Of a stretch of 64,000 nucleotides of DNA, positions 27,258-37,097 are shown piece after piece. Numbering within the stretch: the stretch's first letter is position 1; each line of letters starts with the position of its first letter. Origin of the DNA: a virus (taxonomy: Duplodnaviria > Heunggongvirae > Uroviricota > Caudoviricetes); the IMG/VR virus record IMGVR_UViG_2901984674_000003. One strand, 5' to 3'. A program made the translations under genes and the position numbers. Under the pieces are notes generated by a model. That model did no database searches and had not been told where the DNA came from. It saw only the letters and a program-made list of their open reading frames with translations.

Positions 27258-28432
27258 CTTTAGGAGTAGATGCTGGTTTTCACTTAGGATTATCTGTTGT
27301 TGGAAACCAACGTGAATATTATGCGTCAGAAAGCTTAAGAAAGTCAGAAAAAGATCGAATTACTAGTCGAAGAGAATTAAGACGTACTCGAAGAGGACAT
27401 TTAAGATACCGTCAAGCTAGATTTGATAATCGTAGACGTAAAGACGGCTGGTTAGCTCCTAGTATTCAACACAGATTAGATTTTACAATTAAAGAAATCA
27501 AACGTTTATATACGTTTTTACCCATTACTAATTTAGTCGTTGAAGTTACACCATTTGATAATCAAAAACTAGCTAATCCAAATATTAAAGCCTGGCAGTA
27601 TCAAAAAGGTAAGATGTATGGTTTTAAGACGATTAAGGATTATCTACTAGCTAGAGATAACTATCGTGATGCTTTAGATGGTAAACAATACCCAGCTAGT
27701 CAGTTAAGAGTCCATCACTTAGTTCAAAGAAAAGATGGTGGTTCTAATCAGCCAGATAACTTAGTTTTATTGTCAGATATTAACCACAATCAAGCTAATC
27801 ACAATAATGGTGTCTTAGCTAAATTAAGACAAAATCGGCAAAAGACGATTGATTATCGTGGAGCTTATTTTATGAGCATTTTAGCAACAAGATTAAGCAA
27901 TTATTTTGATGAATATACGACAACTCAAGGTTATCTAACCGCTAACCTAAGACAAAAGTATAAGATTGAAAAATCTCACTTAAATGACGCTTTTGTGATT
28001 GCTGGTGGAACTGATACAACCCTTAGAACAAACAATGTTTATTCGAGACAAAAGTTAAGGAATAATAATCGTATATTACAGTTGTTTTATGACGCTAAGT
28101 ATATTGATTGTCGCGATGGTAAACAAAAAGCTGGTAAAGAGTTAAGTTCAGGGAGAACTAGACGATCCCAAGAGCTTAATTATGACAATTTAAGACAATT
28201 TAGAAAAGAAAAAGTTAAAAAGGGTCGTGTTTCGATTAGAAGAGGTCATTATCAATTAAGACCACATGATGTTGTGTTAAATACCAGAACTAACAGGATT
28301 GAAAGAGTCAAAGGAGTTAATAGTAGAGGAAAGGGCATTGTTTTCCAAAGCGGTAAATATGGCACAGTTAAAAATGTAATTAGCTTATATCATGTAAATG
28401 GAATGTTGGAAAAGAAAATGGAAAATATTTAG
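27190..28432 (+). pseudogene. iscB: 5'-truncated IscB paralogue. It lacks the N-terminal PLMP domain, has no start codon and has no upstream omega-RNA.
   Basis: About 85% nucleotide identity to iscB 42740-43992 from the ARWFGNSRK codons onward. It retains RuvC-I (GVDAGFHLGLSVVG), the HNH-like segment (VHHLVQRKDGGSNQPDNLVLLSDINHN) and RuvC-III (HLNDAFVIAGG). The ORF track only calls the part from the internal Met (27614). Confidence 0.7.
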
Positions 28433-28526
28433 TTTGTTTAGGCAAACTAGAGCTTATATTCCACGACTAAAATCGTAGGTTTTACGTCCGTTTGTAATAA
28501 AAATTAATCAAAAGGAGTGGTGATTA

Positions 28527-29345
28527 ATGGACAAAAAGAAGTATATTAAACGCTTAAAGAAAGATAAAAAACAAGAGCAAAAGCAAGCTGTTCCTAAAAT
28601 TCCAACCGCTGATAAGCACCATTCACCGTTTGGTTTTATCCTAAGTGGTTACAAGGAAGTCAAGCAAAATGCTAATCAAGCTAGAATAGCTACAGCTGCA
28701 CTCTTACTACAAACAAAGCCTGAAAAAAGCTCTAGTCGCTTTGTTTTACAAGATTACGTCAACACTAAATTAGACGTATTTGCAATCGTGTCTGACATTA
28801 AAATCGACCCTGAGGATCCATGGAATAGTCAACTGTTAGTTGAACAATCTTATTTTAGTGAATACAAGTATACTCAGGGCGCAACTAGAGTTGATATGTT
28901 CAGGAAACTAGCCACTCATTTATGGATTAGGTTTTCTGATATTACTAACTTTGAAAATAGCGATGATCAAACTATTTATATCTCAGTTGGCGATACAATT
29001 CATTTCACAGCGATGGTTGGCACTTATCGTGGCCGAATTGAACATGGATTCTACGCTACTAAGTTTGGTTTAAAAGACATTACGATTGAACAAGTAGGTA
29101 TGCCTTACGTTAAAGATGACGATCCACAAGAGAACATACTCATCTGTAGCAACTATCAACGTAAGGGTGATTGGGTAGCTAAACTAAAAGTTAACCCTAG
29201 AAATTTAGAAGTTAAAAAGAGCCGATACTTAAGCTATTACGAACGCTTTAAATACTTTGAAAACGGCTTGGAGGGAGTGAAGAAATATGGGTTGGTACCA
29301 AATCGACGTGGTAGACGGAAAAGTGCATGGGAACATTATAGTTAA
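28527..29345 (+). CDS. Hypothetical protein
   Basis: 272-aa ORF, followed by two hairpin terminators (29450-29480 and 29483-29527, the latter with a T-run). Confidence 0.5.
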   Translation: MDKKKYIKRLKKDKKQEQKQAVPKIPTADKHHSPFGFILSGYKEVKQNANQARIATAALLLQTKPEKSSSRFVLQDYVNTKLDVFAIVSDIKIDPEDPWNSQLLVEQSYFSEYKYTQGATRVDMFRKLATHLWIRFSDITNFENSDDQTIYISVGDTIHFTAMVGTYRGRIEHGFYATKFGLKDITIEQVGMPYVKDDDPQENILICSNYQRKGDWVAKLKVNPRNLEVKKSRYLSYYERFKYFENGLEGVKKYGLVPNRRGRRKSAWEHYS

Positions 29346-29482
29346 TGCTAATTCCATCGAAGAAGCTGAAGCAAAAGTTGCTAAAATGCAAAAAGAAAAG
29401 TAGGAAGAAGGACTAAATATAAGTTTGTGAGATGCTTGGTTATAAATAAAAAAAGTTCCTAGAAAATAGGCTAGGAACAAGA

Positions 29483-29527
29483 CTATATACTGATAAACCT
29501 GCACTTTCAGTATATAGTCTTTTTTTA
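29483..29527 (+). terminator. Rho-independent terminator
   Basis: AGACTATATACTG...CAGTATATAGTCT stem followed by TTTTTTT. Confidence 0.6.
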
Positions 29528-29751
29528 ATTAATCAAGTTTTTCTGGTTTTGATAATACAAGTAATATACAATATGTGTATGTTATGAAGTAGGACTAGCT
29601 ACCCTATGGATTAACTTAGTGAATTGTTGTAAGGCTGAACACCCCCTATTAGTAAATGCTTTAAATTATAATTGGAAGGAAGAAGAGTAATGGATTGCAA
29701 AGGAGAAATAAAAAAAACGAGGCTATCAAAAAAATATAAAATTGAAAGACG

Positions 29752-32700
29752 GTGACACAATTGCTAACAAAACCAGAAGATAAAAAAGTAAATGATGCAA
29801 TTAATAAATTAAACTCGCAAGAGTACGTAGGAGTTTTAAATAATTTAGCATCATCTGTAATGAGGCAGACAATCTCTGCACCAAATGAAGCAACAGTTGC
29901 CTCTATATTTGAAAGAGAGTTGTACTATTTTGTTAAAAAAGAATTTGATATTACATTAAATATAGAAAAAGAAGTGACTTCCCAAGACCTTGCTATCCAT
30001 AATTTCAAAGGAAGAATTGATGCTATTACGACAAATTTAGTTATCGAGTATAAAAAGCCAGAGAAGTTACGCAAAGACAAAGATATAAGAAAAGCTCAAA
30101 CGCAGTTATCAGACTACTTAAAACAATTGCGGAAAAATAACGAAAACTATTTTGGAATTATTACTGACGGAAGTTTTTATGTCAGTGTCTACTTTATAAA
30201 AGGCAGTTTAAAGTATGATGCGATACGTCAAATTGACGGAGCTTTTTTCATTACTTTGATAAAATCAATTTTAGGCACTAATAAGAAGCAATTAGTTTCT
30301 CGGAATATTATTGACGATTTTTCTCTTGAGGGTCACTCAGTTAGTGAACTTAGTAATCTTCAAAAAGAGTTGTTTAGATGCTTAAATAATGAAATGAAAT
30401 CTGAAAAGGTACTAATGCTATTTGACGAATGGATGGACATCTTTCACTTAAGTTTTAATGATGATGGGAAAAGTAATACGATTATGGAGCGTAGGGATTC
30501 TCTTTCTAAGGTTTTAGGTGTCCCTATCGAAAATAACGAACAAGAGTACCAAGGACTTTTTGCGTTGCAAACGGCATATGCCATTTTGGTTAAATGCTTT
30601 GCCTTAAAAATTATTCCTAAAATTGGTTTCAACAGTGATATAGTTTATTTTTCTGATTTATTGGAACAATCACCTAATAATATAAAAAAACTATTTTCTC
30701 AAGTTGAAGATGGCTACACTTTTAATGCGAGCAATATAATCAATCTTATTGAAGGTGATTTCTTTTCTTGGTATCTTGATGATTCTATTTGGTCAGAATC
30801 AATTGCACAATCAATTAAATCAATCCTTGTTAAGATAAACTCTTATTCAGACGCATCTTTATCATATCAGTTTGAAACACTAGATTTATTCAAAGAACTT
30901 TATATGAATGTAATGCCCCAACCTGTACGAAAAGCTTTTGGGGAGGTCTTTACTCCAGATTGGTTGGCTGATAATGTTGTTACAACCTGTTTAGAAATGA
31001 TTGATAATGAACAATGGACTTTTCTTGACCCAACATCAGGTTCAGGCACTTTTGTTTTTAAGGCAATTGAAAAAATTGTGGAAAGATTACTTCTTGATGG
31101 AAGAAGTAATAAGTATATTTTAGAACAAATACTCTCTCGAGTACACGGTATAGATTTATCACCGTTATCTGTTCTAACAGCTAGAGTTAGCTTTTTATTA
31201 GCAATTAGACCATTTATTGATGATAATAATATGGAAATCGAGATTCCAATATATCTAGGTGACTCTGCCCGTCTACCCTTAATAACTAAATTTAACGATA
31301 AGTCTTTTGTCTCATATAGTATTGCCACACGTCAGGGAGACATTAATTTAACATTACCATTGAGCTTTGTTGAATCTCCTGATTTTGTTAGAACTGTAAG
31401 ACAATGGCAAATGTTAGTAAAAGCAGAACACGTTGATTTACTTTCTAACGCAATAAAAAAGCAATTTGCTTGCGATGAAGATATTAATCATTTTGAAAAG
31501 GAAATACTATCATTCAGTAATCAATTAGTTTCGCTTCATAAAAAAATTGGGACGGAATATGGATTAAAGTTATTACAAACTTTATTTTACCAGCACGGAT
31601 AAAGAATATTGATATTATTGCTGGTAATCCGCCATGGGTTAAATGGGAAAATCTTCCCTCAATGTATGCAAATAAGATTAAGAATGTTGCTGGTGAAAGA
31701 GAACTATTTTCTAAAAAGAATAAGGGCCTAGGTGGGGGAATTAACTTAAATCTTGCAGCCCTTATATCGAATGTAACCGCAGATAATTGGTTAAGTAATG
31801 AAGGGGTTCAAGCGTTCTTGATGCCAGATACTTTCTTAAATTCCGATTCATATGAAGGTTGGAGAAATTTCCCAAGTACAAAAGAAAATAGTATGTTTTT
31901 AGCTAGAATAGATGATTGGTCAAATTCAGGTTCTCCATTTAAGCCAGTACAAGAGAAGTTTTTAACGTATTTTATAGTTAAAAATCCGTATAGTTCAACT
32001 TTAGTTAAGTATAATAAAAAATTTCCTAAAGGAATGAATATTCTTGATATCAATTCAAATAAATCATGGAGAGATGTAAAGAAATACTTCTCAAAAGAAA
32101 AAGGTTTATTGGTGCAATTATCCGATTCTAGCAATAGGTTTAGTAGAATATATAATGCTACATTGGATGATGTTGAAAAGCTGAAATTATTGTATGGCCA
32201 AAATGATTATAAGCCACGCCAAGGGGTTGAATTAACACCTAGAGAAGTTTACGTTTTTGAAAAAGATGATGATGGAACTTATCGAAACCTTGATATAAAA
32301 GGTACAAAAATTAAACCCAATCATTTTGAAAAACTCAAATTTGAAAAAAATATTATAAGACCATTGCTTCAAAGTAAACAAATAGGCGCATTTTCCATAA
32401 AAAATAGAGATAACATTCAATATGGTTTCTATCCATACGACGAAAAAGCAGATATAATTCCGATGGAAGCTTTGGCTGATAAATATCCTGCGATGTTAAA
32501 TTATCTCCTTGAACAAAAAGAGTTTATTGATAAGCAATCTGAAAGAAGTAAAACTATGTCCAGAGGTAGTGAATTTTATGCTCTCTCCAAAGTCGGAAGT
32601 TATACATCTTTTAAATATGCAGTTGCATTTCGGGATAATACTAAGATGGTGGCATCGTTTATAGACAACTCAAAAGATGGAATGATACCTGTAAAACATG

Positions 32701-33005
32701 CACCTTTTATTAGTGTCGATAAAAATGGTATACCCTTAACTAAAGATGAAGCAAAATATTTAACTGGGGTTATGAATATGCCAATAGTAAATACGTATTT
32801 TAAGACGACTTATTCTGATCGTTCATTTAGTATTAATTTTGATATGATGATACCAAAATATAAAAAGAATAAATTTCAAAAAGAAATTGTTAAATTAGTT
32901 ACATTTGCTTTGAATAGCAATAATGAGAACGAAAAAAAAGAGATTTCTAAACAAATTGAAGTTTTATATTTTGACATGTTAGATGAAATGGGAAAAGGAA
33001 GGTAA
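29752..33005 (+). pseudogene. Type IIG (MmeI-like) restriction-modification enzyme split into two ORFs (29752..31602 and 31542..33005) by a -1 frameshift at an A7 tract (31540-31546)
   Basis: ORF1 carries a PD-ExK-like motif (RIDAI...VIEYK) and SAM-binding motif I (FLDPTSGSGTFV). ORF2's frame opens at 31542 and encodes IIAGNPPW (motif IV) upstream of its first ATG (31662). Inserting one A in the A7 run fuses the frames into ...HKKNWDGIWIKVITNFILPARIKNIDIIAGNPPW.... Confidence 0.6.
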
Positions 33006-33029
33006 GTTTTTTATACCATTTGAAAAAAT

Positions 33030-33066
33030 ACCGAGAACTACGAAAATTAGTTCTCGGTATTTTTGT
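33030..33066 (+). terminator. Rho-independent terminator after the R-M gene
   Basis: ATACCGAGAACTAcgaaaatTAGTTCTCGGTAT followed by TTTTT. Confidence 0.65.
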
Positions 33067-33494
33067 ATGCTCTTTGTGTAAACTGGTATATAGTTCCCAT
33101 AAAAAAAGCTAATCATGATTTTAAATAATCATAACTAGCTTATACACCACAATAGTCTTAAACATTCACGCTTGAGGGCAAGCAGGTCGCAACTGTTTGT
33201 CCTCTTTTCATATACAATAATACATGGCATGGATCCAAAAGTAAAGAAAAACAAAAGAAGATATACAAGCTATTATAGACTTTGCTAACAAACAACTAAA
33301 AAAACGATACTAGAATGTTATTAACACATTGCAGTAGTTTATGTTAAAATAGAACTAGCAAAAAACAGTTAAGGCTCCTTAATGTTTGTTTTGCTGTTGA
33401 AAAAGAAAGTCACATCTAGGGTTACCTAAGCTTGTGGCTTTTTTTATTTTTTAACTTTTTTGAATTTTATTTTAAAAAAGTATACAAAAACATT

Positions 33495-33523
33495 TGACTT
33501 AGAGTGTGAGATAGTGTATCATA
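33495..33523 (+). promoter_or_regulatory. Sigma-70-type promoter driving the tRNA-like/scaffold/array locus
   Basis: TTGACT, a 17-nt spacer, then TATCAT, about 135 nt upstream of tRNA-like element m. Confidence 0.45.
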
Positions 33524-33657
33524 ATAAACGTAAGGCAAAGGGTTAAGCCTACAGGGACATCAGTAAACTACATGTAAGCCTCTATCGTTCCTGTAAGCAT
33601 TAGCACAAGCCTTATAATCTTAACTTTATCTTTATTCATTTATGTACATTTTATGTG

Positions 33658-33707
33658 TAGCGATGCCAAACGGTAGATCAATGCAGGTGCAATTCCTGCC
33701 ATCGCTA
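33658..33707 (+). ncRNA. tRNA-like minihelix (family 2, copy m; acceptor plus T-arm), fused to scaffold S3
   Basis: TAGCGATG ccaaacggtagatcaat GCAGG-TGCAATT-CCTGC CATCGCTA, followed by 'ttg' and then GAGGACGCTTG. Confidence 0.5.
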
Positions 33708-33710
33708 TTG

Positions 33711-33852
33711 GAGGACGCTTGTTCTCGACAGCTTGGTTAATATCTTTGACCTCTGTATAATCGCAAATTGCATTAGTTTGTTTACGATTATGCAAGTCTG
33801 AAGAGTTCCCAAGAAGCTTATGCCACAATTAAATACAGGTTAGAAAATAACG
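33711..33852 (+). ncRNA. Scaffold S3 (tracrRNA/omega-RNA-like)
   Basis: GAGGACGCTTGTTCTCGACAGCTTGG...GAGTTCCCAAGAAGCTTATG...AAATACAGGTTAGAAAATAACG. Confidence 0.6.
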
Positions 33853-34284
33853 GTTCTGAACCTAGGCTAAATGACATAGGTTGAAGACTTACGGTAGAAT
33901 GTATCTTCAATTTTTCTAGTTCTGAACCTAGGCTAAATGACATAGGTTGAAGACGCTACTACTCATTGTGAACTTAAACTGGTTGTTCTGAACCTAGGCT
34001 AAATGACATAGGTTGAAGACAGTACTAGCGGCTCATCTGCATATATACTAGTTCTGAACCTAGTTGAATTGACATAGGTGTAAGACCATTGAAGTTCGTA
34101 TGGTGGATATCATCTAGTTCTGAACCTAAGTTAAATAACATAGGTGTAAGACATAGGTTTAATGATTGCTCCAATGGTTGAAGTTCTGAGCCTAAGTTAA
34201 ATGGCATAGGTGTAAGACTCACGTTTATGTGAGTGATTATAATTCACAGTTCTGAGCCTAAGTTAAATGACATAGGTGCAAGAC
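33853..34284 (+). CRISPR. CRISPR-like array A3: 7 direct repeats of 36 nt separated by six unique 30-nt spacers, at an exact 66-nt period
   Basis: Repeats start at 33853, 33919, 33985, 34051, 34117, 34183 and 34249. Consensus is GTTCTGAACCTAGGCTAAATGACATAGGTTGAAGAC, with 1-5 nt drift in distal units. The repeat contains the palindrome AACCTAGGTT and a potential CCTAGG/CATAGG hairpin. Spacers are non-repetitive and differ in GC content from one another. Confidence 0.85.
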
Positions 34285-34314
34285 TGAAATCATGGGCTTA
34301 ATTAAAGTCAAAAC

Positions 34315-34376
34315 AACGATGTAGCTCAATGGTAGAGCAAAGCGAGGCGACGTAGGTTCGATTCCTACCATCGTTA
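34315..34376 (+). ncRNA. tRNA-like element (family 2, copy n; D-arm and T-arm present, anticodon arm reduced to 13 nt), fused to scaffold S4
   Basis: AACGATG TAGCTCAATGGTAGAGC aaagcgaggcgac GTAGG-TTCGATT-CCTAC CATCGTT a, followed by 'ttg' and then GAGGGTGCTTG. Confidence 0.55.
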
Positions 34377-34379
34377 TTG

Positions 34380-34505
34380 GAGGGTGCTTGCTCTTCACAG
34401 TTTGGTTAACATCTTCGCAAACAAAGTTGCTGATTGCATTTCTTTGTTGAAGAGTTCCCAAAAAGCGCTGATAGCACAAATAAAGACGTCCATTGTGGAA
34501 GACTA
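34380..34505 (+). ncRNA. Divergent scaffold S4 plus one degenerate repeat (...CCATTGTGGAAGAC), immediately upstream of tnpB-3
   Basis: GAGGGTGCTTGCTCTTCACAGTTTGG...GAGTTCCCAAAAAGCGCTG is paralogous to the other scaffolds at about 75% identity. Confidence 0.45.
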
Positions 34506-34544
34506 ATGTAGTGTAGTCAGCTGAAAGACTATACATAAATTACG

Positions 34545-36026
34545 TTGGTGTTTAAAAAGGAGTTGGAAAAAATGGAAGAAAAAGTTTTAGAAAGTCGTAG
34601 AATTAGAATTTATCCTACTAAGGATCAACAAGCATATTTAACGTTTAATATGTTTGCTAATATCAAGATGTGGAACGCATTACTAGCTGAAGTTTATAAG
34701 CCAGTTAGTGAGTTAGATGAAGTTCAAGCTTTACCTAGAAACAAACAAAGTAAAGAAGTTTATAAACGCATTGAAAGAATGTCATGGGAAGAGCAACGTG
34801 ATTTGTTCAAAGGTTTACGTGGACTTTCGACTAAGGCTATTTACGATGCTGATGAAACTGTGTTTGAAAGTGGTTGGACTTTAAAAGACGCTGATACTAG
34901 CATGTATAGTTACACTTTACGTACTTTAAAAACAGCGATGAGCAACCATTTGAAAAACCCTAGACACTTTGGTATTCCTAGGTTTAAGACAACAATGGAC
35001 GTTGAAAATCAAGGTAGTTATACCTCAGGCGCTCATGTTTGTGAAATCAGTGAAGACGGCAAGTACCTTAGAGTAGGTAAATTGAAAAGATTTAAGTTAG
35101 GCTTAATTGAGATGGCTAATCACTATCCTAGTGACGGACGTTTGTATAAAGTAACAATTAAGCATGAATCCAGCGATACTTGGTATGTATCATTTGTGTT
35201 TGAACAAGCTGAGCATACAGTAAAACGTCCTAGAACTGGTTTAGCAGCTGGTATTGACTTAAACGTAACAGGTAACAGTCATATTGTTTTACAAGATGGT
35301 ACTAGATACCAATTGCCATATGACAAAATCAGAAAATTAGAACAAAAGATTGAAAAAGAAAACGTAAAACGTAGTCGCAAGTATGAACAATGGAAAAAAG
35401 AGGTTGCAATCATTGAAGAAGACAATAAAAAATCCTTAATTCCAAAGCATGTTCCTACTTTAGCCGAACGTAGCAATTACCAAAAGAACAAAAAGAAGAT
35501 TGCTAAGTTACATTTACGCATTAAAAACTTGAAAAAAGACTATATTAAAAAAACATGTTCAAAGCTTGCTAATGAATATGATGTAATCGTTATGGAAGAC
35601 CTAGCTGTTTCAGATATGGAAAAGAATAAATACCGTGCTAGAGCAATCACTAGATCAAACTTCCGTGAAATTAGAGATACGCTTACTTATATGATGGACT
35701 GGGCTGATAAAAAGATTGTGTTTATTGATCGTTGGTCACCAACTTCAAAGCGTTGCCATACTTGTGGTTACATTAAGCACAACCTTAAATTAAGCGACCG
35801 TAAGTGGACTTGCCCTATCTGTAATTCTCACCATGATCAAGACATAAACGCAGCTAAAAACATCTTAGATGAAGGCTTAGACTTGCTAGACAAAATGAAT
35901 GATTCTTGCAAGAAATGTGGGCATGAGCGTACGGTTATTACAACAGACGAAAAGTGGACATGTACAAAGTGTGGAGCTAAAAATAAAACCACACCTAAAG
36001 AAGAAAATAGTAGCGATGTAGCCTAA
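34545..36026 (+). CDS. TnpB/Cas12-like RNA-guided nuclease (493 aa) flanked on both sides by scaffold plus CRISPR-like array modules. Candidate type V-U-like effector.
   Basis: The TnpB-type N-terminus (RIRIYPTKDQQAYL...), RuvC-I (AAGIDLNVTG), RuvC-II (VIVMEDLAV), zinc finger CHTCG...CPICN and RuvC-III (HDQDINAAKNI), plus an extra C-terminal CKKCG...CTKCG finger. Its stop codon lies inside tRNA-like element o. Confidence 0.85.
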   Translation: MVFKKELEKMEEKVLESRRIRIYPTKDQQAYLTFNMFANIKMWNALLAEVYKPVSELDEVQALPRNKQSKEVYKRIERMSWEEQRDLFKGLRGLSTKAIYDADETVFESGWTLKDADTSMYSYTLRTLKTAMSNHLKNPRHFGIPRFKTTMDVENQGSYTSGAHVCEISEDGKYLRVGKLKRFKLGLIEMANHYPSDGRLYKVTIKHESSDTWYVSFVFEQAEHTVKRPRTGLAAGIDLNVTGNSHIVLQDGTRYQLPYDKIRKLEQKIEKENVKRSRKYEQWKKEVAIIEEDNKKSLIPKHVPTLAERSNYQKNKKKIAKLHLRIKNLKKDYIKKTCSKLANEYDVIVMEDLAVSDMEKNKYRARAITRSNFREIRDTLTYMMDWADKKIVFIDRWSPTSKRCHTCGYIKHNLKLSDRKWTCPICNSHHDQDINAAKNILDEGLDLLDKMNDSCKKCGHERTVITTDEKWTCTKCGAKNKTTPKEENSSDVA

Positions 36027-36070
36027 CGGTAAGGCAAGGTAACAGATGCAGGTTCGACTCCTACCATCGT
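36009..36070 (+). ncRNA. tRNA-like element (family 2, copy o) overlapping the last 6 codons and stop of tnpB-3; fused to scaffold S5
   Basis: TAGCGATG TAGCCTAACGGTAAGGC aaggtaacagat GCAGG-TTCGACT-CCTAC CATCGTTA, followed by 'tag' and then GAGGACGCTTG. Confidence 0.55.
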
Positions 36071-36073
36071 TAT

Positions 36074-36215
36074 AGGAGGACGCTTGTTCTCGACAGCTTG
36101 GTAAATATCTTTAACCTCTACAGTATCAGTTAGTTAATCTAGCAGAAAGATATTGCAAGTAAGAAGAGTTCCCAAGAAACTTATGTCGAAATTAAATATA
36201 GGTTAGAAAACAACG
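36074..36215 (+). ncRNA. Scaffold S5, in the position expected for the tnpB-3 omega-RNA/tracr
   Basis: GAGGACGCTTGTTCTCGACAGCTTGGTAAATATCT...GAGTTCCCAAGAAACTTATG...AAATATAGGTTAGAAAACAACG. It is 3'-adjacent to tnpB-3, as omega-RNAs are for TnpB. Confidence 0.6.
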
Positions 36216-36450
36216 GTTCTGAACCTAGGTTAAATGACATAGGTGTAAGACATACTCGTGGTGTCTAATTATAAGACGTTCGTTCTGAACCTAGGTTAAA
36301 TGACATGGGTGCAAGACCGTGCCTTCGATTCCTTCGCTTGGGAGATCGTTCTGAACCTAGGTTAAATGACATAGGTGTAAGACGTCTCAGGAGGAAAAAA
36401 TCAAAAATATGAGTTCTGAACCTAGTTAGAATGACACATAGGCGCAAGAC
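36216..36450 (+). CRISPR. CRISPR-like array A5: 4 repeats (36, 36, 36 and 37 nt) with three 30-nt spacers
   Basis: Repeats at 36216, 36282, 36348 and 36414 match GTTCTGAACCTAGGTTAAATGACATAGGTGTAAGAC, and the last is degenerate. Spacer 2 is GC-rich (CGTGCCTTCGATTCCTTCGCTTGGGAGATC) and spacer 3 resembles a gene start (CAGGAGGAAAAAATCAAAAATATGAG). Confidence 0.8.
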
Positions 36451-36479
36451 ATATAGAGGAGCCGATCAAAAAAATATTC

Positions 36480-37094
36480 AACGTTCAAATAACGCTTCAA
36501 GCATAACCGATTGCATAAGGGCTTTAATCAAGTCTTATCGGACATCTGCCTGTAATTCGTAGTAGGTATAGTCTGAGTGATAGCTTAGACAAGCCGAGAG
36601 ATGATTGGTAACAATTATCAAACCTAGTAAAAGCTAGGACGTTTGGTAGGTGTGTGGAAATGTGTGACGTTAGTGCTTTGCTAACCGTTGGCACTGGATA
36701 AAATAGACGCTCACGGTGTGAGAATAACCCATTGGCAGCTTAGTGTGGTAGCTAAGTGATGTGATGGGAATAACCAAAGACAGTGTTTGCCTTGACGTTT
36801 AGGAAACTAAGCTATAACAACGGAAACAAGAACGAGTAGGGTAATGGCATCGAGATTACAGTAATTTCGCTACTGGACTTGAAATCCACATGCGACGATT
36901 AAGACAAATAAAATAATTCTGAATGATTGCCTGAAAGTTGGTACTTATCATAGTAGCCACGTTATATAAAGCAAAAGGAAGTAGCAAGGTAGCTCCTTGT
37001 TGCTCAGACCTTTTGAAACGTTCGCATAATAAGCGGTAGCACATTGTAAGCAGAGTGAAAGCTCGTGCTTGAAGTGTTGTTTGAGCGTTAAATA
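36480..37094 (+). other. About 600-nt ORF-free, relatively GC/purine-rich region between array A5 and scaffold S6. Candidate structured ncRNA or decayed gene.
   Basis: There is no ORF of 60 aa or more on the + strand, and composition differs markedly from the AT-rich intergenic DNA nearby. It occupies the slot where the other units carry a tRNA-like element. Confidence 0.3.
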
Positions 37095-37097
37095 TTG

